Below are positions 49,279 through 60,579 of a stretch of 64,000 bases of DNA, piece after piece (position 1 is the stretch's first letter; each line of letters starts with the position of its first letter). The stretch is from Pirellulales bacterium (GTDB lineage Bacteria > Planctomycetota > Planctomycetia > Pirellulales > PALSA-1355), in contig CAVTBU010000005.1 of the NCBI GenBank assembly GCA_963733035.1, positions 96,001-160,000 on the forward strand, in the 5' to 3' direction. A program made the position numbers and the translations under genes. Below the pieces are notes generated by a model that made no database searches, had not been told where the DNA came from, and saw nothing but the letters and a program-made list of their open reading frames with translations.

Positions 49279-52200
49279 ATGCACGCCTACCAACCCAGGC
49301 TGATTATCCTTGCATCCTTGCTGATTTCTCTGGCGACGGCCATCCCGGTCGCCGCGCAGCCGGCACCGGCCGAGTCACCGCCGGCCGCTGCCGCCGAGAC
49401 TCCACCTCCCGCCGAAAGTCAACCCAAGGCCGAACCCAAACTGCGGTTCAACTTCCGTTTCCAGCGCTGGTCCGATGTTCTGGACTGGTTTGCCGAACAA
49501 GCCGGCCTGTCGCTGGTTCTCGACGCGCCGCCGCCCGGCACGTTCAACTATTCGGACAACCGCGATTACTCTGTCGCCGAATCTCTCGACTTGCTCAACG
49601 GCGTGCTACTGACCAAAGGTTATACGCTTGTACGCCGCGAGCGAATGTTGATCCTGGTCGATCTCTCGCAAGGATTGCCCGAAACCCTAGTGCCGCGCGT
49701 CACGCTCGACGAGCTCGACAAACGTGGCCGATTTGAAATCGTCAGCGTGATGTTTCCCGTCGGCAATCGCAGCGCGGCGGACGTGGTGACCGAGATTGCG
49801 CCACTCTTGGGTCCGCGAGGCAAGAGTCAGGCGCTATCGCAAACTGGCCAGGTTTTGGTCACCGATACGGCCGGCGTCATGCCGGCAATCAACGCCGTGA
49901 TTGAGTCGATTCCAGAGCCCAAGCAGGCCGCGCCGAGCACGCCCGAGAAACCCCAACTTTCAGTCTACCCGCTCAAGTCGGCCGATCCCGATGCAGCGGT
50001 CAAAGTTCTTGAAGCGCTGATGCCGGATGCGAAATTCGTGCGAGATCCGGGCGCAAACCAACTGAGTGCCTATGCCACGCCCACGCAACAGGCGGCGGTC
50101 AAGAACGTCATCGAGCAAATGCAGGCGACCGAAGGGCCGCCGGAAAGTCGCTCGCGATTCGAAGTTTATCTGCTCGACAACGTCGATCCGGCAGGAGCCC
50201 TGGAAACGTTGCAGCCATTGGTGCCGGCGGCGCGGTTGAGCGTTGATCCGCAAAGCAAGAAACTCGCCGCCTGGGGCTCGCCCGCCGATCACGAAATCTT
50301 GAAAAAGGCAGTCAATCAGCTCGTGTCCGGCGTCGCTGGCGCCGACGATCGACAGGTCGAAGTTTATCGGCTCAACAAAGCGGACCCGGCATCGGTAGCG
50401 GCGATGCTGCCCAATGTGGTGCCGCGCACGGATTGCCGTGGATCCTCCGACCAAGAGCCTCGTCGTTTTGGCGACCCTTGCGGACCAAAAATCCGTTCGT
50501 GCCACCATCGACCAGATCGAATCTCAAAAACCGATGGCCGGAGCCGTTGAAATGCGGTTGTATCCTCTGGGAAACACCCCGTCGACTTCCATCACCACGG
50601 TGTTGCAAACGTTGGTGCCGCGGGCGACCGTCACGGTCGATGCCGCCCACCGACGGTTAGCCGTCGCGGCCACTCCCGACGATCAAGCAATCGTCAAACA
50701 GGCGATCGACGAGTATCTCAGCGCGGCGCCGAGCAGTGACCAGCGTAAGCTGGAACTGTACACGGTGACGCCGGCCGAACGGAAGCGATTTCAGGTTCTG
50801 CTGGCCGAGCTTGCGGCCGATTTTCCGAACGTCAAGGTGGTAACCGACGCGGAGCCCGGCGAGTTGGCCGTGTGGGCAACGCCCACGGAACACGAGGTCA
50901 TCGTCGGAATTATTGAGCAACTCAAACAAGCGACGCCGGCCGACGAGGCTTATCGCCTGGTCGCTTATCCGATTCATGTCGCCGACCCGACGAGTGTGCG
51001 GAACGTGTTGCAGGAGTTGTTTCCCAACACCAAGTTGGTGCTCGACCCCAAGACGCGTCGCTTGGTGGCCTGGACGCGGCCCAGCGAACAAGAGGCAATC
51101 AAGTCGCTGGTCGAGCAGATGGATTCCGATCAGGGGGGTGATCTGCAAAACCAACTGATGACCTATCCGGTCAACGGCTTCGACCCGAACACGGCCATTG
51201 CCACTCTCCGGACCCTGGTTCCAGATGCGACGGTTTCGCACGACGCCACTGCCAAGACCCTCGTTGCCTTCGGACGCAAGCTGGATCAGGACAAGATTGT
51301 CAAGGCACTCAAGCAGATGCGGCCCAGCGATGATCCGAACTTGCGGCCACACGTGGTCTCGTATCCGGTCGGCACGGCCGACCCGAACACGCTCACTCCG
51401 CTGATCACGGCGCTGGTGCCTACGGCGCGCGTCGCTGCCAACGCAGCCGACGGCACGATTGCGGTGTGGGCAGAACCAACGGACCACGTGACGATCAAAA
51501 ACGCAATCGAGGAGATGACCGCCACGGCGGCGGATTCGACCGCACCAAAAGTAGTCGTTTACTCGCTGCAGGAAGCGACTGCGGCGGGCGTGGCGACCGC
51601 GCTTCAGACCGCCGTGCCCCAGGCCCGCATCGGCACCGGACAGAATCCTCGAAAACTGGTCGTCTGGGCTCGCCCGGCCGAACACGCCACCATCCGAGCC
51701 ACGCTCGACGAGCTCGATAAGGAGGAATTTGGCGGACAGGGCAACGTGCTCAAGGCCTACCAGATCAAAATGGCCGAACCAGGCACGTTGCTGACCAACC
51801 TCAATACTTTGTTTGCCACCCGACCCACCGTTCGACTTTCGCTCGACAGCAAGAATCGCAAGATCATTGCCATGGCGACCGAAAGCGAACATGAGATGAT
51901 TCAGCACGTGATTGACGAAGTAGAAGCTGGGTCGCCACTCGATGCCGATTCCAAGCTCGAAGTACATCGCCTGGACAGTGCCGATTCCTCCGTCGTGGTG
52001 TCCGTCCTGACGAATCTGTTCAAAAACGACGCTCGCGTCGTGCTCTCAACGGACGCCCAGGGCGAGAATCTCGTCGCAGTTGCCACGCCCGAACAGCACG
52101 AGTCCATTCGCGATGCGATCAAACAGCTGCAAAGCACCACGCGCGAACTAGAGGTGTTTCAATTGGACGTCGTCGAAGCACAGGCCGCCGAAGTGGCAAT

Positions 52201-53524
52201 TCAGCGGCTATTTGCCAGTGGTGCGCGGCGACGGGGCAGAGGCAACGACGCGCCAATCGTCGAAGCCGACAACAATACGGCTCGGCTCTATGTGCGAGCC
52301 AACCGGGAAGACATTGAAGAGATTCGCGACCTGCTGGTAAAGATGGGCGAAACCCGGCTGGCACGACAAAACAGTTCCGGCAACAACCTGCGGACGATTC
52401 CGTTTACCGGCGATACTCGTGCGGCACTTGCGGAAATCGAGAGAATCTGGCCTCAGTTGAGCAAGAACCCGCTTCGTGTGCTGCGGTCTTCGCACCATGT
52501 TCGCGACGCGCTTTCGAGCCCGCCAATCGAGCCGCGAAAGCTTCCGATCAAGCCCGATGTCGAACGTCCCGCGCCGCCAGCCCCCGACCGGAAGCAAGAC
52601 GAATCAACAGAACGGCCAGCCCCTGGCGCCACCTCACGAGACAAGACGCCCGAAGTGAAGACCGCCATTCAGGAAGATGGAGCGTCGCAGGAGGAGCCGG
52701 AACCGCCGTCCAACGAAACGGCAGGCAAGCAGCCAACGTCGCCCGCGCCGATCATCGTTTCTCCGGGAGACGATAAGATTACGATCATGTCCGACGATCC
52801 GAAGGCCATCGAGCAACTCGAGGCACTCCTGCGTTCACTCTCCCCAACCACCGGCTCAGGTGGACGCAGCATCTCGGTTTACCCGTTGCGGAGCGCCGAT
52901 AGCGTCACCATTGCGGAACTCCTGAACCGTGTGTTCCGCCAGGGAACCTTTGACTTTGGCCGCGCTTCGACACCCACGATCGAACCAGACGAACGGCTCA
53001 ACGCGATCGTGGTGTATGCCAGCCGGCAGGATCGCGCTGTGATTGAACAGTTGCTAGAAGTGCTCGACACCGACCAGGTACCCGAGTCCTTGGCGGCGAA
53101 TCAGCCGTTGCGGATACCCGTGCGCAATACCGACGCGGACAGCATCGAACGAGTCCTGCGCGATCTTTACCAGACACAGCTTTCCAGCGGCGCACGGTCC
53201 AAGCCGATTCCGATTCCCAGCGGGGCAAGCCGCGACGTGGCCGCCGTCATTCAGCAGATCAACACCGCCGCCTCGGGCCCGCTAATGACACTGGGTGTCG
53301 ATGGGGCGACGAACTCGATCGTTGTGATGGCCCCCCGACCCTTGGCCGAAGAGGTCGCCGAACTCGTGGGCGAACTCGACGACGCGGCGCTCCATGAGAA
53401 CTCACGCTCGGTGAAGGTCGTCAAGCTGAAGAGCGCCAGTGCCGACCAAGTCAAGCAAGTGCTCGACCGCTTGATCCGCGACGCCACGCAACGACAATCC
53501 TCCGGCCGGCGCGGGCGACGCTAG
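49279..53524 (+). CDS. Large secretin-N (NolW-like) repeat protein, frameshifted near 50428
   Basis: LRFNFRFQRWSDVL...PPGTFNY, then many repeats of YxL..AD.........L....P......D.....L.V.A. No secretin barrel domain seen. Confidence 0.8.
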
Positions 53525-53577
53525 TCGCGTCGAAGATACCGCCGCTCGTGTGATAAACATACACCGCTGCTGCGATG

Positions 53578-54264
53578 CTAGGGAGTCGTGGGAGTGTTGC
53601 CCGCAGGCGAACCTGGTACGGCCTTCGACGCGCCTCGCGTCAACTCGGCGGCGGTCAACAGGCCGTCTCCGTTGGTATCGTAGCGCTTGAATTCAGCGAC
53701 TTCCGGCGCTCGCAGACGGGGCGAGTATTCCGTGAGCGTGAGCTGCGCGTCCCCGTCGGCATCGCGTTCAATAAACCACCCGGGTGTGCCACTTGGCAGT
53801 GGTGCGAAGTAACGCAAATCGCGACGCCGATCGAGCTCGGTGGGGGTCGTGACATTGTCGGACGTACCATCGGCGGCGCCCGCGACCTCGGCACCAGTCG
53901 GCGCATCGGTTGCTCCCTCGGAACGAGTCGAGAGACGAATCCGGCGACCGGCTCCGTAGTTTGCGGCGTACCGTGCGAACTCGTCCGAGGTGATTCGGCC
54001 GTCGCCGTCTAAGTCAGCGGCGGCTGGCTGGCCGTGCATGGCAGTCCATTCGTCGGAATCGAGATGGCCGTCACCGTTTGCATCGTAGCGATGGACAACC
54101 CGCTCGCAGTAGCGAAGCAACTTGGCGGTCACGCCGCCGGTCGGCGTGCTCTTCGGCAACTCATTCTGAGCGACGGCGGATACGCCGACGAGCAGCAATC
54201 CGGTTGCAAAGATTCCCCCAGAAAGCATCCCGATGCGCAATTTCGGCGTCTGACGACGCCACAT
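53578..54264 (-). CDS. Secreted EF-hand protein
   Basis: DANGDGHLDSDE, DLDGDGRITSDE, DADGDAQLTLTE and DTNGDGLLTAAE. Confidence 0.85.
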   Translation of the reverse strand: MWRRQTPKLRIGMLSGGIFATGLLLVGVSAVAQNELPKSTPTGGVTAKLLRYCERVVHRYDANGDGHLDSDEWTAMHGQPAAADLDGDGRITSDEFARYAANYGAGRRIRLSTRSEGATDAPTGAEVAGAADGTSDNVTTPTELDRRRDLRYFAPLPSGTPGWFIERDADGDAQLTLTEYSPRLRAPEVAEFKRYDTNGDGLLTAAELTRGASKAVPGSPAGNTPTTP

Positions 54265-54700
54265 TGCATGGCACCGCGCGGGCTTGGCACGAGATCGAGT
54301 CGAAGACCCCAAAGTCTTTATACCTGTGTGAGATACAGCCGAAACGCGCAATCGAATTCTAACGATCCGGCTATTGACAGCCGACCATCGCATCACCTAC
54401 AGTACATATGTTCGCAACCGGGCGGGTTGTGGTCAACCTGCCTTTCGACCCGCCCGCCCACGCCCTACCTACCTTCGAACCCTGCACGCCGAATTTTCAA
54501 TGACGCCCCGGAGCGGTCGTCGGAGAAGTGTTTTGAGAGCTTAAGCGTACCAGCGGAGAATTGTCCGCGCTGCTAGCTGGAACGATATCCCGGCAGTGCG
54601 GCATAGTTCGGACACCTGCCAACGTCTGGAAAGGAGTTCCAGACTCGGTCCCTCGCCTTGCCCCCTGCCTGCCGCCGTTTGCCCTCCTGGATTTCCCGCC

Positions 54701-56395
54701 ATGATTGCCGGCCAACCCCCTGTTAAACGGGGAATCGACAACGATCACCAGCTTGCCCAGTTGCACAACGCGCTGGCCGCTGGGCGGCCCTTGGATCAAC
54801 TCGTGGGCGAACTGGAACTCGCCGGTGAGGAGGACGCGCTGGCGGTGATCGCCGAGGCACTTGGCCTCGAGACCATCGACCTGGCCCATACCGAGATCGA
54901 TCGCAGTCTGCTCGAAAAATTTCCGATCAAACTAATCCACCAGCATCGAGTATTTCCTGTCGCCTGGCAGGCCGACTCGCTAGTACTGGCCACGGGCGAT
55001 CCCTACGATCTGCATGCCCTCGATGCCGTCAGTGCGGCGACCGGCTGGAGCGTGACACCCGTGCTTGCGCCGCCGGCCGAGCTGGCCAAGCTGATCAAAT
55101 CGCACCTGGGTGTTGGCGCCGAGACAGTCGACGGGTTGCTCGCGCAGCGCGAGGAGGAAAGCGGCGTCGAGGTACTCGATGATCTCGATTGGGACTCTTC
55201 CGAAGCCTCGGAGATGGCCCAAGAAGCTTCCGTGGTACGGCTCGTCAACGAGATCCTTAGCGAAGCGGTCGAGGCCCGCGCGAGCGATATTCACATCGAA
55301 TCGCAAGCCGCGGGCATCAAGATCCGCTATCGAGTCGACGGTGTATTACAGCCGCAACCGATGCCGCCTGAAATCAATCGCTTTCAGGCCGCGATCATCA
55401 GCCGCCTGAAGATCATGGCAAAGCTGAACATCGCCGAAAAACGAGTTCCTCAGGACGGACGCATCAAGCTGAAGGTCTCGGGGCGCGAGATCGACATTCG
55501 CTTGTCGATCATTCCCATGCTCCATGGCGAAGGTATCGTGATGCGTATCCTTGATAAGGATCGCATGAACTTTTCGCTGCGTGGCGTTGGCATGGACCAG
55601 GACGTCTACGAAGAGTTCGGCAAGTTGATCAAGCTGCCGCACGGCATCATTCTGGTCACCGGGCCGACCGGTTCCGGCAAGACGACTAGCCTTTACAGCG
55701 CGCTGAGCGAGATCAAGAACGAGGAAATCAAGATCGTCACGACCGAGGATCCCGTCGAATATCAATTGGACGGCATCAACCAGATCCAGGTGCACACCAA
55801 AGTAGGACTGACGTTTGCGGCGAGCCTGCGGAGCATTCTGCGGCACGACCCCGACGTGGTGCTGGTGGGCGAAATCCGCGACTTGGAAACGGCCGAAAAT
55901 GCCATCCAAGCGTCGCTCACGGGCCACTTGGTCTTCAGCACGCTGCATACCAACGATGCTGCGGGGGCCTTCATGCGGATCGTCGACATGGGCGTTGAAC
56001 CGTTCCTGGTCTCCAGCACGGTTGCCGGGGTGATGGCCCAACGACTGGTTCGCGTGCTGTGCACCGAATGTCGTCAGCCGTATGAGCCCAAGCCGGACGA
56101 AGTGCCGGCGGATTTTCCGCTGAACGAAATGCGCGATCGCGGACAGACTCTGTACAAACCGGCCGGGTGCCGCCGCTGCCGAGGCAAGGGTTATACCGGC
56201 CGTTTAGGTTTGTTCGAACTGCTGGTAGCCAACGACCAGATTCGCCACCTGGCCGGCGAGCGAGTTCCGTCGCACGAACTAAAGAAAGTCGCCGTCCAAG
56301 CCGGCATGCGCACGCTGCGGCAGGACGGCTGGCGCAAGGTCGCCAACGGACTCACCACGATTGACGAAGTGATGCGCGTAACGGGCGCTGACTGA
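54701..56395 (+). CDS. gspE: Type II secretion ATPase
   Basis: ASDIHIE, PQDGR, GPTGSGKT, EDPVEY, LRHDPD and STLHTN. Confidence 0.95.
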   Translation: MIAGQPPVKRGIDNDHQLAQLHNALAAGRPLDQLVGELELAGEEDALAVIAEALGLETIDLAHTEIDRSLLEKFPIKLIHQHRVFPVAWQADSLVLATGDPYDLHALDAVSAATGWSVTPVLAPPAELAKLIKSHLGVGAETVDGLLAQREEESGVEVLDDLDWDSSEASEMAQEASVVRLVNEILSEAVEARASDIHIESQAAGIKIRYRVDGVLQPQPMPPEINRFQAAIISRLKIMAKLNIAEKRVPQDGRIKLKVSGREIDIRLSIIPMLHGEGIVMRILDKDRMNFSLRGVGMDQDVYEEFGKLIKLPHGIILVTGPTGSGKTTSLYSALSEIKNEEIKIVTTEDPVEYQLDGINQIQVHTKVGLTFAASLRSILRHDPDVVLVGEIRDLETAENAIQASLTGHLVFSTLHTNDAAGAFMRIVDMGVEPFLVSSTVAGVMAQRLVRVLCTECRQPYEPKPDEVPADFPLNEMRDRGQTLYKPAGCRRCRGKGYTGRLGLFELLVANDQIRHLAGERVPSHELKKVAVQAGMRTLRQDGWRKVANGLTTIDEVMRVTGAD

Positions 56396-56429
56396 CGCGA
56401 ACCTGACATACGACACAGACCAACTCAAT

Positions 56430-57638
56430 ATGCCTGAATTTGCCTACACAGCGCGAAATCACGCGGGAGGCGACGTGGCCGGCACGATTTCTGCCGGCAG
56501 TCGTCGCGAAGCCCTCTGCGCCCTGGGCGATCGGCAGCTGTTTCCACTGACCGTTACCGACGCCAAAGCGGCCGCGGTCAGTTGGAATCGTCCTCGGCGG
56601 ATCAAAACGGCCGCGCTCGCGCAAACGCTCACGCAATTGGCCGATTTACTACAGAGCGGCGTGCCGCTGATGCGTTCGCTCGATGTGTTGGCCGAGCAAG
56701 CGGTGCATCCGACGTTGGCCGAAGTGCTCGCCGACGTCCGCAACCAGGTTGCCGAGGGCACGCCGCTGGACGAAGCGATGTTGCGCCATCCGAACGTCTT
56801 CAGCGAATTGACAATCAGTATGGTACGCGCCGGTAGCGAGGGGGCGTTTCTGGAAGACGCGCTCAAGCGAACCGCTGACTTTCTCGAAAAGCAAGAAGCG
56901 CTGCGCAACAAGGTCGTCGGGGCGATGACCTACCCGGCCATCCTGGCGGGCGCCGGCGTATTGATCACCGTGGTGTTGGTCGTGTTTTTCGTGCCCAAAT
57001 TCTCCGATCTTTTCAAGAGCCTGGAGGAACGCGGCGGATTGCCGATTGCTACCACCTTGCTACTGGCACTGAGCGATCTACTAGGCAAGTACGGCATCTT
57101 TGTCGCCGCCGCGATCGCAGGCCTGGTGTACTGGGTGCGCAAACAATTGGCGACCGAGAGTGGCCGCCTGTTTGCCGATCGTGCCAAATTGAAGATTCCG
57201 ATCGCTGGCAAGATCTTTCTCGGCTATGCCATTTCGCGGTTTTGCCGCGTACTTGGCACCTTGTTGCGAAACGGTGTTCCACTGCTCAAATCGCTGGAGA
57301 TCTCCAGCGACTCGACCGGCAACCGCGTATTGGCACAGGCGATTCGCCAGTCGGCCGAGAACGTGTCGTCCGGCGAAACACTGGCCACGCCGCTGGCCGA
57401 ATGCGGTCTGATTCCGCGTCCCGTAATGGCCATGATCAGCGTCGCCGAGGAATCGAACAACTTGGACAACGTGCTGGTGAACATCGCCGACGGCATCGAT
57501 CGGCAGACCAGCACACAACTGGACTTGATGGTGCGGCTGCTCGAGCCGCTCACCCTGTTGGTGATGGCCAGCGCGATTTTATTCGTGCTGGTCGCGCTGT
57601 TGTTACCCGTGTTTCAAATGAGCTCAACCGTCACCTGA
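56430..57638 (+). CDS. gspF: Type II secretion inner-membrane protein F
   Basis: QLADLLQSGVPL, AMTYPA and LLEPL. Confidence 0.94.
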   Translation: MPEFAYTARNHAGGDVAGTISAGSRREALCALGDRQLFPLTVTDAKAAAVSWNRPRRIKTAALAQTLTQLADLLQSGVPLMRSLDVLAEQAVHPTLAEVLADVRNQVAEGTPLDEAMLRHPNVFSELTISMVRAGSEGAFLEDALKRTADFLEKQEALRNKVVGAMTYPAILAGAGVLITVVLVVFFVPKFSDLFKSLEERGGLPIATTLLLALSDLLGKYGIFVAAAIAGLVYWVRKQLATESGRLFADRAKLKIPIAGKIFLGYAISRFCRVLGTLLRNGVPLLKSLEISSDSTGNRVLAQAIRQSAENVSSGETLATPLAECGLIPRPVMAMISVAEESNNLDNVLVNIADGIDRQTSTQLDLMVRLLEPLTLLVMASAILFVLVALLLPVFQMSSTVT

Positions 57639-57760
57639 TACGGGCCGCCGTTCGCAATGCGGCCAAGGGGACGAAACCGCTAACCGTATTCGCCGCTGAA
57701 AGAAACCGTTGCGAAGAATTTTTCCACTTACAAACTGATGGATGCAGGAGGGCAGTCAAC

Positions 57761-58225
57761 ATGAAATACCGAACGAGAAAGAACGCCAGGCGACAGGCTT
57801 TCACCTTGATGGAAGTGTTGCTCGTACTTGTGATTCTCGTAGTGCTGATGGGATTCGCGGTCCCCTCGCTACTAGGCAGCAAGAAAAAGGCCGACCTCGA
57901 CGCGGCCAAGACCCAGATCGGCCTGTTCCGCACCGCGTTGGAGAAGTACGCACTCGACATGAACACGTTTCCCTCGAGCGAAGCAGGGCTTGACGTGTTG
58001 GTCGTCGAGCCGAGCGACGTGGAAGAAGAGCAATTGGCCAACTGGGCCGGTCCCTATATCACGACCAGCGCCAAGGAAGCCCCGCGCGACCCGTGGGGCC
58101 AAAAGTACTACTACGCGTATCCCTCGACCCACGACAGCGAGTACCCGGACATTTGGTCCGCGGGCCCAGACACCAAGGAAGGGACCGAGGATGACGTCGT
58201 CAACTGGTCGAAGGATGAGGAATAA
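57761..58225 (+). CDS. gspG: Major pseudopilin
   Basis: AFTLMEVLLVL, DPWG and SAGPD. AGGAGG RBS. Confidence 0.93.
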   Translation: MKYRTRKNARRQAFTLMEVLLVLVILVVLMGFAVPSLLGSKKKADLDAAKTQIGLFRTALEKYALDMNTFPSSEAGLDVLVVEPSDVEEEQLANWAGPYITTSAKEAPRDPWGQKYYYAYPSTHDSEYPDIWSAGPDTKEGTEDDVVNWSKDEE

Positions 58226-58358
58226 ACGACAACGAGCGCTTGCGTCCTGGTACGAAATGGCGCGGACACCGCTTCCAGGACGTCTGGGAACCACGCGGAA
58301 CGGCAACGCTCCGCGTGCGTAATTCCGCTAGAGAACAGGCAACCTTTGAGGTGTCACC

Positions 58359-58949
58359 ATGAAGAGCTCCTCGACAACGCGTTGTGGGTACACGCTTTCA
58401 GAAGTACTGTTGGTGTTGGGAATCATTGCCGGAGTGGCGGCCTTGGCCCAGCCGGCGCTGCGCTCCTCGTTGGGGGACAGTCGCCTGCGGTCGGCCGCGC
58501 GGCAGCTTCGTGCGGAACTTGCCAAGACACGGTTGCGCGCCATGCAATCGGGCACGGCCCAGCGTTTTCGCTACCAGGTTGATTGCAACCGCTTTGAGAC
58601 TGCCCCAGCCAATTGCGACGCGGAGAACGATCGTTCTCTCAACGGCGAAATGACGGAACCATTGGCCGCCCTGGACGGTCAGGAGTCCGCGGCTCAAACT
58701 CGTGGTTCGCGATCAATCGTACAGGAACTCCCCGATGGCGTGAACTTTGAGCCCGTGGTCGAGCACCGCACGGCGTACGTTGACGAAGAGGGCTGGTCCG
58801 ACCCGATTGTGTTTTATCCCAACGGCCGAGCGGCCGATGCTACGATCCGCTTGCGTGGCGAACGGGATACGCTGGTTGACGTTTCGTTGCGCGGCCTAAC
58901 GGGTGTCGCCACGGCCGGTAAGCCTCGTCGCGAAAAGGCGCTCCAATGA
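58359..58949 (+). CDS. Minor pseudopilin (GspH/FimT-like)
   Basis: GYTLSEVL prepilin motif and FYPNG. Confidence 0.82.
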   Translation: MKSSSTTRCGYTLSEVLLVLGIIAGVAALAQPALRSSLGDSRLRSAARQLRAELAKTRLRAMQSGTAQRFRYQVDCNRFETAPANCDAENDRSLNGEMTEPLAALDGQESAAQTRGSRSIVQELPDGVNFEPVVEHRTAYVDEEGWSDPIVFYPNGRAADATIRLRGERDTLVDVSLRGLTGVATAGKPRREKALQ

Positions 58950-59395
58950 GACGCTCTCGTCGCCGTGGATTCTCGTTGCTCGAGGTACTGCTGGCGACGG
59001 GAATCTTGATCGGCTCCTCCATCGTTCTGATGGAATTGGCTTCCATTGGAATCCGACACGCGGCCGGTGCTCGCGATCTCGCACAAATGCAGCGGATTTG
59101 CCAGTCGAAACTAAATGAGATCGTCATCGGAGTAGCTCCGGCCGAAACCGTCCGCCCCATGCCCTGCGACGAAGTGCCGAGCTGGACGTATTGGGTGAAT
59201 CTACGCCCCACCGACCGTCCAGGCCTTGTCATGCTTGAAGTGGGTGTTTCCAAAGACATGAAATCGCGCCGTTCGACCAGCCGATTCACGCTTGTGCGCT
59301 GGATTCGCGATCCGAAGACCGACGACGAGTCACCATCGTCAATTCCCCTCGAAGCCGCCCCCCGGGACATCGCGCTGGGAGGACCGATGCCATGA
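58946..59395 (+). CDS. Minor pseudopilin (GspI-like)
   Basis: GFSLLEVL motif. ATGA overlap. Confidence 0.82.
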   Translation: MRRSRRRGFSLLEVLLATGILIGSSIVLMELASIGIRHAAGARDLAQMQRICQSKLNEIVIGVAPAETVRPMPCDEVPSWTYWVNLRPTDRPGLVMLEVGVSKDMKSRRSTSRFTLVRWIRDPKTDDESPSSIPLEAAPRDIALGGPMP

Positions 59396-60579
59396 CACAC
59401 CGTCACCGAATCCGCGCTGCCGGTTTCACGCTCGTCGAGGTCATGCTGACGACGGTTCTGGCAGCCGTGTTGCTGTTCGCCCTCTGGTCCCTGCTCAGCA
59501 TGTACTCCAAGACGTTCGAAGGTGGACAAGCCCGCACCGAGCAATCTCAGTTAGGCCGCGCGCTGTTGGAACAATTCTCGACGGACCTGCAAAATGTGCT
59601 AGTGACACCGGTGTTGCCGCCTCACCCCGTCCGAACCGTGCCCCCGCACGGCCCCTCCCCAGACTCGGGCACCGTCGGATCGCTGCCAAACCCATCAGGT
59701 GGCTTGGCAGCTACGTCCGCGCCGCCGTCATCGCCCCCGTTTGGCGCGCAAACCGGCGCGGTGTTTTCTGCTCCACCGGCGAATCCGGAACTTGCAATCG
59801 GCCTTCACGACGTCAGCACGTCGTCGCTACGGCCCGCCGGCCTGTTCGGCACAAGCACGTTCCTGCAAATCGATGTCGTGCAGCCGGCAATGCTCGTGTC
59901 AGCGCACCAGCCAGACGAATTCGTCGTCGACAGCTCAGAGGCATCACCCCGCGCCGAGGAGTTGAGGACCGTCGTCTATTCGTTCGAAGAATATCGGGAC
60001 CCGGCGAATCCCTCGACCGAGCCCGGAGCACGTCTGATTCGCCAAGAATTGACCTGGGCGCAGGTGCACTCGGCTCGCTATCAGGCCGCCCGCGCGGCCA
60101 CCGCGCGGGGCGACGAATTCCCTCCCAGCGACGTCGACGCGGAACCATTCGATGCCTTCAATTCCGCGTCGTCCGCCGAAATCTCCAGCGCGCAAGCGAT
60201 TGACGGTGAGGCGTTCGTTTCGCCATCGACAACGATCGTGCCCGAGGTTATCGAGTTTGCGCTGCGGTACTTCAATGGCACTGCGTGGAGCGAGCAGTGG
60301 GACAGCGTGGCACAACATGGGCTGCCGGCGGCAATCGAGATTTCATTGCGACTAAGATCGTTCGACGAAACGGACGGCCCGGTCGTGAATGATGTCACCA
60401 AAAAGCCAGGCGTCGATCAGACGAAAATCGCGGAATGGAGATATCCATTGCAGCGACTTTTGATTCCGTTGCCACTGGCTGCGCAAAAGCCTGGCGTGAA
60501 CAAGGGACAATCTATTTTGCCGCCCGAAGACACCGCAAACTTGGTGGGAGCAGGCGCAAATGGCAACCTCGATGAATAA
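59392..60579 (+). CDS. Minor pseudopilin (GspJ-like)
   Basis: GFTLVEVM and RYFNG...W...WDS...LPAAIEI. Confidence 0.82.
   Translation: MTHRHRIRAAGFTLVEVMLTTVLAAVLLFALWSLLSMYSKTFEGGQARTEQSQLGRALLEQFSTDLQNVLVTPVLPPHPVRTVPPHGPSPDSGTVGSLPNPSGGLAATSAPPSSPPFGAQTGAVFSAPPANPELAIGLHDVSTSSLRPAGLFGTSTFLQIDVVQPAMLVSAHQPDEFVVDSSEASPRAEELRTVVYSFEEYRDPANPSTEPGARLIRQELTWAQVHSARYQAARAATARGDEFPPSDVDAEPFDAFNSASSAEISSAQAIDGEAFVSPSTTIVPEVIEFALRYFNGTAWSEQWDSVAQHGLPAAIEISLRLRSFDETDGPVVNDVTKKPGVDQTKIAEWRYPLQRLLIPLPLAAQKPGVNKGQSILPPEDTANLVGAGANGNLDE

Noticed and set aside
50657..51967. 436-aa minus-strand ORF (also 47669-48763, 55346-56041 and 59292-60203)
   Set aside because: Shadow or alternative-frame ORFs of well-supported genes in GC-rich DNA.
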